64,000 nt of DNA from an uncultured cyanobacterium (GTDB lineage: Bacteria > Cyanobacteriota > Cyanobacteriia > PCC-9006 > JAAUQQ01). Position numbers and translations under genes: made by a program. This document shows positions 19,845 through 28,672 of this stretch, one piece after another. Numbering within the stretch: the stretch's first letter is position 1; the number at the start of each line of letters is the position of its first letter. Location: NCBI GenBank assembly GCA_963718615.1, contig OY970368.1, forward strand, positions 1,728,001 through 1,792,000. Direction: 5' to 3'. The notes below the pieces were generated by a model, which was not told the DNA's origin, did not search any database, and saw nothing but the letters and a program-made list of their open reading frames with translations.

Positions 19845-21323
19845 ATGACTAGCCTTCCCACCGTGGCTTTATTCGTTGGCGGACAATGGATAGAGCAATC
19901 TGCTGAGCACTATACCCCTGTCCATAATCCTTCAACTGGCGAGGTGATTGCCCAGACCCCCATGGGAAGCGCTGAAACTGTCAATGTGGCAGTTCAGGCC
20001 GCTCAAAAAGCCTTCGAGTCCTGGTCACAGGTTCCTATTCCTCGCCGAGCGGAGGTCCTGTTTCGCTATCGGGCGCTGCTGGAAGAGAATTTCGAAGCCA
20101 TTGCCCGTCTGATTACCCAGGAAAATGGTAAAACCCTGGATGAAGCCCGAGGCGATATTCGGCGGGGTTTTGAGGTGGTGGAATTTGCTTGCGGGATTGC
20201 TCAGCTCTACAAAGGCGAAAGCTTAGGTCAAATTGCCACGGGCATTGATGGCCTGACGACCCGTGAACCCCTGGGGGTTTGTGCAGGGATTAGCCCCTTC
20301 AATTTTCCGGCCATGGTGCCAATGTGGATGTTTCCGTTGGCGATCGCCTGTGGCAACACATTCATCCTCAAACCCAGCGAAAAAGTGCCCCTCACCGCCC
20401 TGCGTTTGGCTGAACTCTTCCAATCTGCCGGTTTACCCGATGGTGTTCTGAACATTATTCACGGCGGCAAAGATGTGGTAGATGCGCTCTGTACCCATCC
20501 CGGTATCGCCGCTATCAGCTTTGTTGGGTCATCCCGGATTGCAAAGCATGTCTATACCCTTGGCAATGCTCACGGCAAGCGGGTCCAGGCGGGGGGCGGG
20601 GCCAAGAATGCGCTGATCGTCATGTCGGATGCGGAGCCCGATTCGACGCTCCGGGCCATTATGGGAGCGGCCTTTGGCTGTGCAGGACAACGCTGTATGG
20701 CAGGCTCTCTACTGGTGGGCGTCGGCGAAGTTGCCGCCGCCCTCAAAGAGCGGGTGGTGGGCGAAATGGAGGGTCTCAAAGTCGGTAATCCCTCTGTCGA
20801 TGAAAGCGTTGGCATGGGGCCTGTTATTGATGGTAGTGCTCAAACCCGAATTCAGGATGTGATCAGCAAGGCGGAACGTCAGGGGGTTCGAGTGGCCCGA
20901 GATGGTCGGCAGAACATTCCCAAGACGGGCTTTTTTGTCGGGCCAACGTTGTTAGAGCAGGTTTCTCCAGACATGTCTGTATTTGGGGAAGAGGTGTTTG
21001 GGCCGGTGTTGTCGATGATGACGCCGAAAACCCTGGATGAGGCGATCGCCTGGATCAACCGCCTAAACTACGGCAATGGAGCAACGCTATTTACCAGCAG
21101 TGGTGCCGCCGCCCGTCAGTTTAGTCAACAGGTCAAATGTGGCATGTTGGGGATTAATGTGGGTGTCCCGGCCCCCATGGCCATGTTTCCCTTTTCGGGT
21201 TGGAACGATTCGTTCTATGGCGATTTGCATCTTCAAGGAACTGAAGGCGTACAGTTCTATACCCGTCAAAAAGTGATTCTTTCCCGTTGGGATAGTGCCT
21301 ATCAACGACAGCAGGGCTGGTAA
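19845..21323 (+). CDS. mmsA: CoA-acylating (methyl)malonate-semialdehyde dehydrogenase
   Basis: PFNFPAMVPMWM, LKPSEK, ISFVGSS, GAKN, AFGCAGQRCMA, EEVFGPV, INVGVPAP motifs. Confidence 0.92.
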   Translation: MTSLPTVALFVGGQWIEQSAEHYTPVHNPSTGEVIAQTPMGSAETVNVAVQAAQKAFESWSQVPIPRRAEVLFRYRALLEENFEAIARLITQENGKTLDEARGDIRRGFEVVEFACGIAQLYKGESLGQIATGIDGLTTREPLGVCAGISPFNFPAMVPMWMFPLAIACGNTFILKPSEKVPLTALRLAELFQSAGLPDGVLNIIHGGKDVVDALCTHPGIAAISFVGSSRIAKHVYTLGNAHGKRVQAGGGAKNALIVMSDAEPDSTLRAIMGAAFGCAGQRCMAGSLLVGVGEVAAALKERVVGEMEGLKVGNPSVDESVGMGPVIDGSAQTRIQDVISKAERQGVRVARDGRQNIPKTGFFVGPTLLEQVSPDMSVFGEEVFGPVLSMMTPKTLDEAIAWINRLNYGNGATLFTSSGAAARQFSQQVKCGMLGINVGVPAPMAMFPFSGWNDSFYGDLHLQGTEGVQFYTRQKVILSRWDSAYQRQQGW

Positions 21324-21392
21324 TGTGCGGGATGCATTCAAGGTTATTTGAAATCAATCATTTTTTGAAATCATTTGAAGGTCAAAATACCG

Positions 21393-22583
21393 ATGACACC
21401 AACTCCCGTCGTTCCAACGAGACCCCTGACCGCGTTTCATTGCCCTGGCACCATCATTCAGGGGGCTGGAGCTAGCGCAGAGTTACTCAATCAACTCCTG
21501 CGATTGCATGTCCAACGAGTGCTGATCGTCACAGATGCCTATATGGAAAGCACAGGGCTACCTCAGCGATTAGCCGATCCTCTGATTGCTGCTGGGCTAT
21601 CGGTGGCGATATTTAGTAAAGTGCAGCCCGATCCTACGGTGGAAAATGTGCGAGCAGGTCTATCGGCTTTGAAGGACCACCAAGCCGATGCCCTCGTGGC
21701 CGTTGGGGGCGGTAGTTCCATTGATGCGGCCAAGGCTATTTCGGTCATGAGCAGCAATCCGGAACCGATTTCCCAATACATGGGTTATCACAAATTCAAA
21801 AACCCTGGATTACCGTTGGTTGCAATTCCAACGACCGCCGGAACAGGCAGCGAAGCAACGAAGGTCACCGTCATTAATGATGTCGAGCAAAATGTCAAAA
21901 TGATGATGCTCGATGCTCATTTGATGCCGACGGTTGCTCTGATCGACTACACCTTAACGCTGTCCATGCCCCCGGCACTCACTGCCCATGTGGGGGTAGA
22001 TACGCTAACCCACGGCATCGAAGCTTACGTTTCTCGCAAAGCCAATGGGTTGAGCGATCCGATCGCCCTTTCCTGTATTCAACTGGTATCCCGCTATTTA
22101 TACACCGCTTGGCGAGAGCCCAACCATGACCCAGCTCGTGAGGCCATGTCGATCGCTGCTTGTCAGGGGGGGATGGCGTTTACGAATAGCAGCGTCTGTT
22201 TAGTACATGGCATGAGCCGCCCTTTAGGGGTTCAGTTCCATTTACCCCATGGGCTATCCAATGCGGTGTTATTGCCAACGGTGACGAAATTTTCGATCGC
22301 TGGCGCTGTAGAACGCTATGCAACGGTCGCAAGAACCATGGGATTTGCCAGCTCTAATGACAAGGATACAACGGCTTGTGACGCTTTGGTTGCGGGTTTA
22401 GAACGCTTTAATCAAACCTTAGAAGTCCCTCGGCTGCGAGATTGCCCAGGCATGACAAAGGATCGGTTTGAGCAGGTCTTGGAAAAAATGGCAGCGGATG
22501 CTTTGGCATCGGGTAGTCCTCAGAATAATCCAGTTGTGCCAACCGAGAATGAGATCATTTCGCTTTATCGGGCAGCGTGGTAA
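21393..22583 (+). CDS. Iron-containing alcohol dehydrogenase
   Basis: GGGSSIDAAK, IPTTAGTGSE, DTLTHGIE, VHGMS, HLPHG metal-ligand motifs. Confidence 0.9.
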   Translation: MTPTPVVPTRPLTAFHCPGTIIQGAGASAELLNQLLRLHVQRVLIVTDAYMESTGLPQRLADPLIAAGLSVAIFSKVQPDPTVENVRAGLSALKDHQADALVAVGGGSSIDAAKAISVMSSNPEPISQYMGYHKFKNPGLPLVAIPTTAGTGSEATKVTVINDVEQNVKMMMLDAHLMPTVALIDYTLTLSMPPALTAHVGVDTLTHGIEAYVSRKANGLSDPIALSCIQLVSRYLYTAWREPNHDPAREAMSIAACQGGMAFTNSSVCLVHGMSRPLGVQFHLPHGLSNAVLLPTVTKFSIAGAVERYATVARTMGFASSNDKDTTACDALVAGLERFNQTLEVPRLRDCPGMTKDRFEQVLEKMAADALASGSPQNNPVVPTENEIISLYRAAW

Positions 22584-22586
22584 GGA

Positions 22587-23543
22587 TTAGTCAAGGGTCG
22601 TGACGTGATAGGTGTTGCGACCTTTTTGCTTTGCCACATAGAGGGCTTTGTCCGCCGCTGCGATTAACGGTTCTAGCGGGCTATCATGCTGCGGAATTTG
22701 GCACGCAACGCCCAAACTGATCGTGACTACATCACTCGCCTCAGAATAGGCATGGGGGATTTGGAGCTGGGTCATGCATTCCTGGACCGTCTTGGCCACA
22801 TGGATGGCACCCTGCACTGTCGTATCCGGTAAAACAATGACAAATTCTTCACCACCGTAGCGGGCGACCAAATCGGCGGGACGTTGGGCGGCTCGCTCTA
22901 GGGTATGGGCCAGCTTTTGCAAACAGCTATCCCCCATCAGGTGACCGTAATGGTCGTTGTAGGCTTTGAAGGAGTCCACATCACAGAAAATCAACGCTAA
23001 GGGCTTACCATCACGGGCGAGTCGTCGCCATTCACGGTTGATATATTCGTCAAACCAGCGGCGATTGGCGACTTGGGTCAGGGCATCGAGTCGGGCCAGT
23101 CGCTGAAGTTCATGGTTGGCCTGTTCGAGGGCGGCGGCTTGCTGCATGACCTTGTAGGTGAGCGATCGCAATTCCATATGAATGCGAATGCGTGCCAAAA
23201 CCTCCGCAGGCTGAAACGGCTTCGTAATGTAGTCCACCGCACCAATGGACAGACCCTTAATTTTGTCGCTTAGATCCGTTAGGGCCGTCATGAAAATGAT
23301 CGGAATATCTCGGGTATGGGCATTGGCTTTAAGCTGTGCGCAGACATCAAAACCGCTGATATCCGGCAATCGCACATCCAGTAGAACCAACGCGGGCCGA
23401 CTGACCTGGATTTTCTCTAGGGCCTCGGTTCCCGTCACGGCGATCGCCACTTCCATGCCAGCACCGCCCAGCATGGAAGAGATCATTGACAGATTTGTGG
23501 GACTGTCATCAACGATTAAAACTTGGTTCCAGCTTTCGTACAT
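22587..23543 (-). CDS. Response regulator receiver + diguanylate cyclase (PleD/WspR-like)
   Basis: VLIVDD...LLDV...DYITKPF receiver; RPAD (RxxD I-site) followed by ARYGGEEF. Confidence 0.92.
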   Translation of the reverse strand: MYESWNQVLIVDDSPTNLSMISSMLGGAGMEVAIAVTGTEALEKIQVSRPALVLLDVRLPDISGFDVCAQLKANAHTRDIPIIFMTALTDLSDKIKGLSIGAVDYITKPFQPAEVLARIRIHMELRSLTYKVMQQAAALEQANHELQRLARLDALTQVANRRWFDEYINREWRRLARDGKPLALIFCDVDSFKAYNDHYGHLMGDSCLQKLAHTLERAAQRPADLVARYGGEEFVIVLPDTTVQGAIHVAKTVQECMTQLQIPHAYSEASDVVTISLGVACQIPQHDSPLEPLIAAADKALYVAKQKGRNTYHVTTLD

Positions 23544-23681
23544 TGCGGATGAAGGATGAGGAAAGAAGTAAAAATCCCACGGAACAGGTTTTGGCACCTT
23601 GAGTACTCTATTTTGAGGATGCCCAGAATCAGCATCTAGATTCGACGCTACATTTGTTACAGGTAAAAAAGAGGAAACACT

Positions 23682-24977
23682 ATGCGGCCTCGCCAGGAAT
23701 TAGTAGAGCGTTTCTCAACGTTTTTGCAGTTTGAGGGCGATCGCCCCCAGGGTTGGCTGATGGATCCTCGGCTGCGCAAAAGCATGGGCCATTGCCTAGG
23801 TCAGCAGCGGGATGCGTCGGTTCAGGTGGGGCAGAGCAATTTCTGGGCGCTCTACTGGCATAAGCGCTGGCAGCAGGGCCAGGGCCGGGATCAAGGTCAA
23901 AATCCAAGCCAAAACTTGGCGCAACAGACGCCGCAAAATCATTTGGCCGCGAATCATTTGGCCGCGAATCATTTGACCGCCTATGTCCAGGAGGGTTGCT
24001 ATTGGTCTGCCCAGAAGGCGACCCAGCGGTTTCAGAATTTGGCCTATGGGCTGGCGGATTGTTTTCAGATGGCGATCGCCCAGTTCCACAAAATTCTACG
24101 AGGCTTCGATGCCAGCCACGGCACAGATTTTGCCGGGTATGCCAGCGCCGCCTTTGCCAGTTTGATCCGTGAACTCCTGCGCCAGCGCAACGAAGTGGAC
24201 ATCTGCACCACCTGGGGACTCCTGCGCAAGCTCAGCAAAAAGCGGTTGACGGAGGCGCTCTTGGCCACGGGGCTGGGGAATGAGGCGATCGCCTCCCACG
24301 TCCTAGCCTGGGATGCCTTCAAGCTGCACTATGTGCCGACCCAAAGCACCGGCACCCGCCGGTTGCCCAAGCCCAGCGCGGCAGAATGGGAGGCCATGGC
24401 AACGTTTTATAACCAAGAGCGGGGGATTGCCCTGGGAGCCCATCACCCGAAGCTTGCAGCGGAGGCGATCGAGCAGCTCCTGCAAACTTCTGCCCGAGCG
24501 GCTCGGGCCTATCTGTATCCCACCCAGGTGTCGATGAATGCTCAGGTTTCGGGCCAAGAGACAGAATTTATTGATAATTTGCCGGAAACCTTGGAAGCAC
24601 CACCGCTGGAGCAGTTGATCAATCTGGAGGAAGCCCAGGAACGACAGGCGCAGCGATCGCAACTCAGCCAAGTGTTGGAAGGGGCGATCGCCCATCTAGA
24701 CCCCACCGCTCAAGATCTCCTGCGCTACTACTACCGCGATGCCCTCACCCAGCAGGACCTTGCGGCCCGCCTAGACCTGAAGCAATACACGGTGTCCCGT
24801 CGCCTCACCAAAATTCGCAAAACCCTGGTGCAGGCTCTACTGGACTGGAGCCAAGCAACATTGCATACTACGCCCCATCCCGACCTATTGAACGCTATGA
24901 GCGGTTTGCTCGAAGAATGGTTGCAACAGCATTATGTCGCTGCCAGCTCGCCCTCAGCCACCGAGAGCCTCGTTTAG
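23682..24977 (+). CDS. Cyanobacterial sigma-70-family (HetZ-like) sigma factor
   Basis: MRPRQ...FSTFLQF N-terminus, HLTAYVQE.CYW, region-4 HTH LTQQDLAARLDLKQYTVSRRL. Confidence 0.8.
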   Translation: MRPRQELVERFSTFLQFEGDRPQGWLMDPRLRKSMGHCLGQQRDASVQVGQSNFWALYWHKRWQQGQGRDQGQNPSQNLAQQTPQNHLAANHLAANHLTAYVQEGCYWSAQKATQRFQNLAYGLADCFQMAIAQFHKILRGFDASHGTDFAGYASAAFASLIRELLRQRNEVDICTTWGLLRKLSKKRLTEALLATGLGNEAIASHVLAWDAFKLHYVPTQSTGTRRLPKPSAAEWEAMATFYNQERGIALGAHHPKLAAEAIEQLLQTSARAARAYLYPTQVSMNAQVSGQETEFIDNLPETLEAPPLEQLINLEEAQERQAQRSQLSQVLEGAIAHLDPTAQDLLRYYYRDALTQQDLAARLDLKQYTVSRRLTKIRKTLVQALLDWSQATLHTTPHPDLLNAMSGLLEEWLQQHYVAASSPSATESLV

Positions 24978-25058
24978 CCAAACGTTCGCACCCAAACGTT
25001 CACACCCAAGCGACCTGAACCGCACCCGACTACCATTGACTATTCCTGGGGTTCCACT

Positions 25059-26240
25059 ATGTCCTTCACCGCCACGTTATTTGATTCCGGTCAACTTTTC
25101 CTTGAAATTACTGAGCGCCAGCGGGAGATCGCCTGGCAGCAGAGCCAGTCTCTAGCGACCCCCAACAGCCGTTGGCAGGCCTATCTGAATGGATTGGCCC
25201 TGGGGGCGGTTTTACCCTGGCTACAAGAGGAATTGGCCGAAACTCAAGGACGGGTGGTGACGCCTCAGCCTAGTGATTTACTCGCCACGTGGGAATTGGT
25301 CAATGGCACGCCCCTGGGCCTGAAGCTGCGGAATCAACGGCAGCGTCGCTTGGTCCTGGTGCCGGACGAGGCGATGGACCTGGAAGAATTAGCGGTGCCC
25401 CAGGAATGGCTGGAGATTACCAACTGGGCGGCGGATGACTTTGTGGCGGTGCAGGTCAATCCCGATGAGGGCTGGGTGCGGCTGTGGGGCTGGGCTTCGC
25501 GATCGCTCCTGCAAGAAAAGGCCGAGCTGGATTGGAGCGATCGCACCTACCGTCTCCCCCAGGAAGCCCTCAGCGCCGACCTCGGCATTTTGACCTTAGC
25601 CCTAGATCTTGCCAGCACTTCAGCGATCGCAACTCCCCTGGAGACCCCTCCCGTTTTAGACCTCGCCAACGCCAATTCACTGATTGAACGACTGGGCAAT
25701 CCCGCCGAACTACGCCCTCGACTGGCTATTCCCTTTGAACGTTGGGCCGGGTTGATGGCCCATTCGGGGTATCGGCAACGGTTGGCGGAGCGGCGCTGGG
25801 GGATAGAGGAAGGGCGATCGCCCCTATCCTGGCTTCGGTCCGGTCTCTCAGCACTGGCAGAACAGTCCGGTTGGCGATCGACCCAGTTGGCCCCGGCCAT
25901 GGCTGGGGTTCGCGGCCTCGAAACGGTTACACCGACGTTAATTCGAGATTTGACCATTGACCATCAGCCCTACGAATTGTGCATTACGGCCTTGGGTGAC
26001 CCCCCAGAGAATTGCTGGCGGTTTTCGCTCCGGTCCGCTAATCCCCAAGATCCAATTCCCATGGGTTTTGTGCTGCGCTTACTCACCGAAGACCTCCAAA
26101 ATTTTGACGGCAACGAGGACCGGGCCACAGCCCCCGTGGCGCAACTCTGGATTGACGTCCAACTGGCTCCAGGGGAAGGCATTGTCTGGCAAGTCGAGCC
26201 CGAGCCCGAAGGCTACAGTGCAGAAATCTTGAGGTTCTAA
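25059..26240 (+). CDS. DUF1822 family protein
   Basis: WQAYLN.LAL, WELVNGT, VPQEW.EI.NWAAD..VAVQV, V.LWGW motifs; follows the sigma-like gene. Confidence 0.8.
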   Translation: MSFTATLFDSGQLFLEITERQREIAWQQSQSLATPNSRWQAYLNGLALGAVLPWLQEELAETQGRVVTPQPSDLLATWELVNGTPLGLKLRNQRQRRLVLVPDEAMDLEELAVPQEWLEITNWAADDFVAVQVNPDEGWVRLWGWASRSLLQEKAELDWSDRTYRLPQEALSADLGILTLALDLASTSAIATPLETPPVLDLANANSLIERLGNPAELRPRLAIPFERWAGLMAHSGYRQRLAERRWGIEEGRSPLSWLRSGLSALAEQSGWRSTQLAPAMAGVRGLETVTPTLIRDLTIDHQPYELCITALGDPPENCWRFSLRSANPQDPIPMGFVLRLLTEDLQNFDGNEDRATAPVAQLWIDVQLAPGEGIVWQVEPEPEGYSAEILRF

Positions 26241-26319
26241 GCGGGGCAACCGGGTCAACGGTTTATCCTAGAATCGGGCAAGACCCATCCCCTACCCACC
26301 TGATTCACCGGAACCATCC

Positions 26320-26949
26320 ATGGGAGCTGCATACGGGCCGGGGCTGCTTCCCTGCATTTTGGCAGAGCAAGGCCACGACCATCCCCCCGACGAAAACCAG
26401 CAAATCGAACTGCTTTGCCAATTCGCCGCGCTCAATTTGCTCCCCCTCTTCCACGAAGTCATTGGGGGGGTGGTGTATCGGTTTGTCAGCAAAAACGGTG
26501 AAATCCAGGTTGCTCCGATTCCAGACCAGATTAACGATCGCGTCCTCACGGACATCAAAACCTATACCGGGGCGATCGCCCCCACTCTCATCGACTGGCT
26601 CGAAGCGCCCCTACTCATTCCCGGTAGTCCTAGCCGCCGCAACCATACCCTCAGCCTCCCCGGTCACCCCCTAGAGGGTTGGCAAGCCCGCAACCTCAGC
26701 AGCCAACGCAATACCCTAGCTTGGCTCCACCAGGAAGCTAAAGAAAACAGCGCCATCTCCGTCGGCGTTGCCCCAGCCCCACGGGGCTATACCGCGACCC
26801 TCGGAGCCCGCTATGGTTATGGGGCAATGATTGCAGCCTATGGCGATTTGCTGGACTGTTTGGATTATTGCGATCGCTTCAAATTTGTCTGTCGAATCAG
26901 CCTCCCCCGCCCTCAAGAGTTGCCAACAACCCTGCCAACAACCCTCTAG
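26320..26949 (+). CDS. Hypothetical protein
   Basis: 209-aa ATG-started ORF filling the gap between DUF1822 and the Fur-family gene; no motif recognised. Confidence 0.5.
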   Translation: MGAAYGPGLLPCILAEQGHDHPPDENQQIELLCQFAALNLLPLFHEVIGGVVYRFVSKNGEIQVAPIPDQINDRVLTDIKTYTGAIAPTLIDWLEAPLLIPGSPSRRNHTLSLPGHPLEGWQARNLSSQRNTLAWLHQEAKENSAISVGVAPAPRGYTATLGARYGYGAMIAAYGDLLDCLDYCDRFKFVCRISLPRPQELPTTLPTTL

Positions 26950-26994
26950 AATAAAAAAAAGGCGAGGTTCTTGCACAGCAACGGTTCTTTATCC

Positions 26995-27405
26995 ATGGCA
27001 TCGACTCGGCGAACCCGCAATCAAGAACGGGTCTTCAACTGTCTTAAATCGCTGGACCAGGAAATCTCGGCCCAGGATTTGTATTTGGAACTGCGCGATC
27101 GCGATCAGGCCATGGGTCTTGCAACGGTCTACCGAGCCCTAGAGGCCCTGAAACTAGAAGGGGTTGTGCAGGTTCGCACCTTGGCCAGTGGGGAGTCACT
27201 TTACAGCACCATGAAAGCTGACCGCCATCACCTCACCTGTTTGCAATGCGGCGAGTCGTTTCCCATTGATCATTGCCCAGTTCATGAGCTAGAAAAAACG
27301 CTGAATCGAGACTATCAATTTAAGGTTTACTACCACACGCTGGAATTTTATGGGCTATGCAACCAATGTCAGGCTCCAGCAGAGCCTGCTCCATCGATTT
27401 CCTAG
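26995..27405 (+). CDS. Fur-family transcriptional regulator, probably Zur
   Basis: SAQDLY, GLATVYRAL, HHLTCLQCG, EFYGLCNQC motifs. Confidence 0.88.
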   Translation: MASTRRTRNQERVFNCLKSLDQEISAQDLYLELRDRDQAMGLATVYRALEALKLEGVVQVRTLASGESLYSTMKADRHHLTCLQCGESFPIDHCPVHELEKTLNRDYQFKVYYHTLEFYGLCNQCQAPAEPAPSIS

Positions 27406-27421
27406 CCTACACTGAGTTTGT

Positions 27422-27460
27422 AAGCGTTATCTGCAAGCGTTATCTGCAAGCGCTATCTGC
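27422..27460. repeat. 13-bp tandem repeat x3 between the Fur-family and rpn genes
   Basis: aagcgttatctgc x2 plus aagcgctatctgc. Confidence 0.9.
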
Positions 27461-27482
27461 AAATCTTGTTGGAGCATGGATA

Positions 27483-28457
27483 ATGACTATCTACTTCAAG
27501 GAAAAATATATTAATCTCCTCACCGATTTTGGCTTTAAGCGCATTTTTGGGACAGAGCCGAATAAGCGATTGTTGATTGATTTTCTGAATACGTTGCTGC
27601 CTCAGCATCGGCAGATTTCAGATGTGACCTTTAAAAACAACGAAAATATTGGCAGCACCTCTCTCGATCGGAAAGCAATTTTTGATATTTATTGTCAGGG
27701 AGAGAATGGTGAACGTTTTATCGTTGAGATTCAAAAGGCAAAACAAAATTTTTTCAAAGATAGAAGTGTTTTCTATGCGACCTTTCCCATTCAAGAGCAG
27801 GCAATCAAAGGGGAATGGAGTTTTGAACTTGCCCCTGTCTATGCTGTCGGCATCTTAGATTTCGTCTTTGCTGACCATCGGGATTCAGAAACGCTGCTCC
27901 ATACGGTAGAACTGAAGGACCAGCATTGTGATGTTTTTTATGACAAGTTAAAATTCATTTATATTGAATTGCCTAAATTTACAAAAACCCTGGAGCAACT
28001 AGATTCCCATGGAGACAAGTGGTTATTTCTGCTGAAGAATTTAGCGGCGTTGAGCGATCGCCCTCAATCCTTACAAGAAGATATTTTCAACGAACTCTTT
28101 GATGTGGCTGAGATCGCCAATTTTTCACCCCTTGAACAGAGTAGCTATCAAAATAGCCTCAAATATTATCGAGATCTCAACAATGTTGTGGATACGTCTC
28201 GGCAAGAAGGCAGAGAGGAAGGCAGAAAAGAGGGCAGAGAAGAAGGATTAGAGGTTGGCCTAGCCCAAGGGCGGCAGGAGGGAGCGCGATCGCTTCTGCT
28301 TCGTCTCATCTCCTTAAAACTGGGAGAGATCCCTGAGGAAACCGAGGTTGCGTTGGATCAACTGCCTGCGGATATCTGTGAGAAGCTGGGTGAAGCGCTG
28401 TTGCGCTTTTCAACCCTGGATGATTTACACCAGTGGTTGGAAGACCAGGGGGTCTAA
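27483..28457 (+). CDS. Rpn family recombination-promoting nuclease/putative transposase (PD-(D/E)XK) with DUF4351-like C-terminus
   Basis: LTDFGFKRIFG, FDIYC...IVEIQ, YIELPKF, EEGR repeats, LGEALLRFSTLDDL..WL. Confidence 0.9.
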   Translation: MTIYFKEKYINLLTDFGFKRIFGTEPNKRLLIDFLNTLLPQHRQISDVTFKNNENIGSTSLDRKAIFDIYCQGENGERFIVEIQKAKQNFFKDRSVFYATFPIQEQAIKGEWSFELAPVYAVGILDFVFADHRDSETLLHTVELKDQHCDVFYDKLKFIYIELPKFTKTLEQLDSHGDKWLFLLKNLAALSDRPQSLQEDIFNELFDVAEIANFSPLEQSSYQNSLKYYRDLNNVVDTSRQEGREEGRKEGREEGLEVGLAQGRQEGARSLLLRLISLKLGEIPEETEVALDQLPADICEKLGEALLRFSTLDDLHQWLEDQGV

Positions 28458-28672
28458 AAAACCAGGAGATCTAACCAGGAGATCTAAAAGCTAGTGAGTC
28501 TTGCTGGATAAATGACCTTGCTGGATAAATGACTATGTTCACTGAGGGACAGCCCAAAAACCCGTAACTCCACCTTCGACGGTTTTTGAAAACGATCGCT
28601 ACCCTAGATGAAGAGGCTCCGTAGATTGAAGCAATCTCTGCCTCCGCTAGACACTCACCTTGGGGATGGACC

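Noticed and set aside
23647-23660. NtcA-like sequence (GTAacaaatgtAGC on the minus strand) between the DGC and sigma genes
   Set aside because: One half-site does not match TAC; too weak without conservation data.
27422-28533. Short repeat clusters as a possible CRISPR array
   Set aside because: Units are 13-17 bp, directly adjacent with no spacers, and no cas genes are present.
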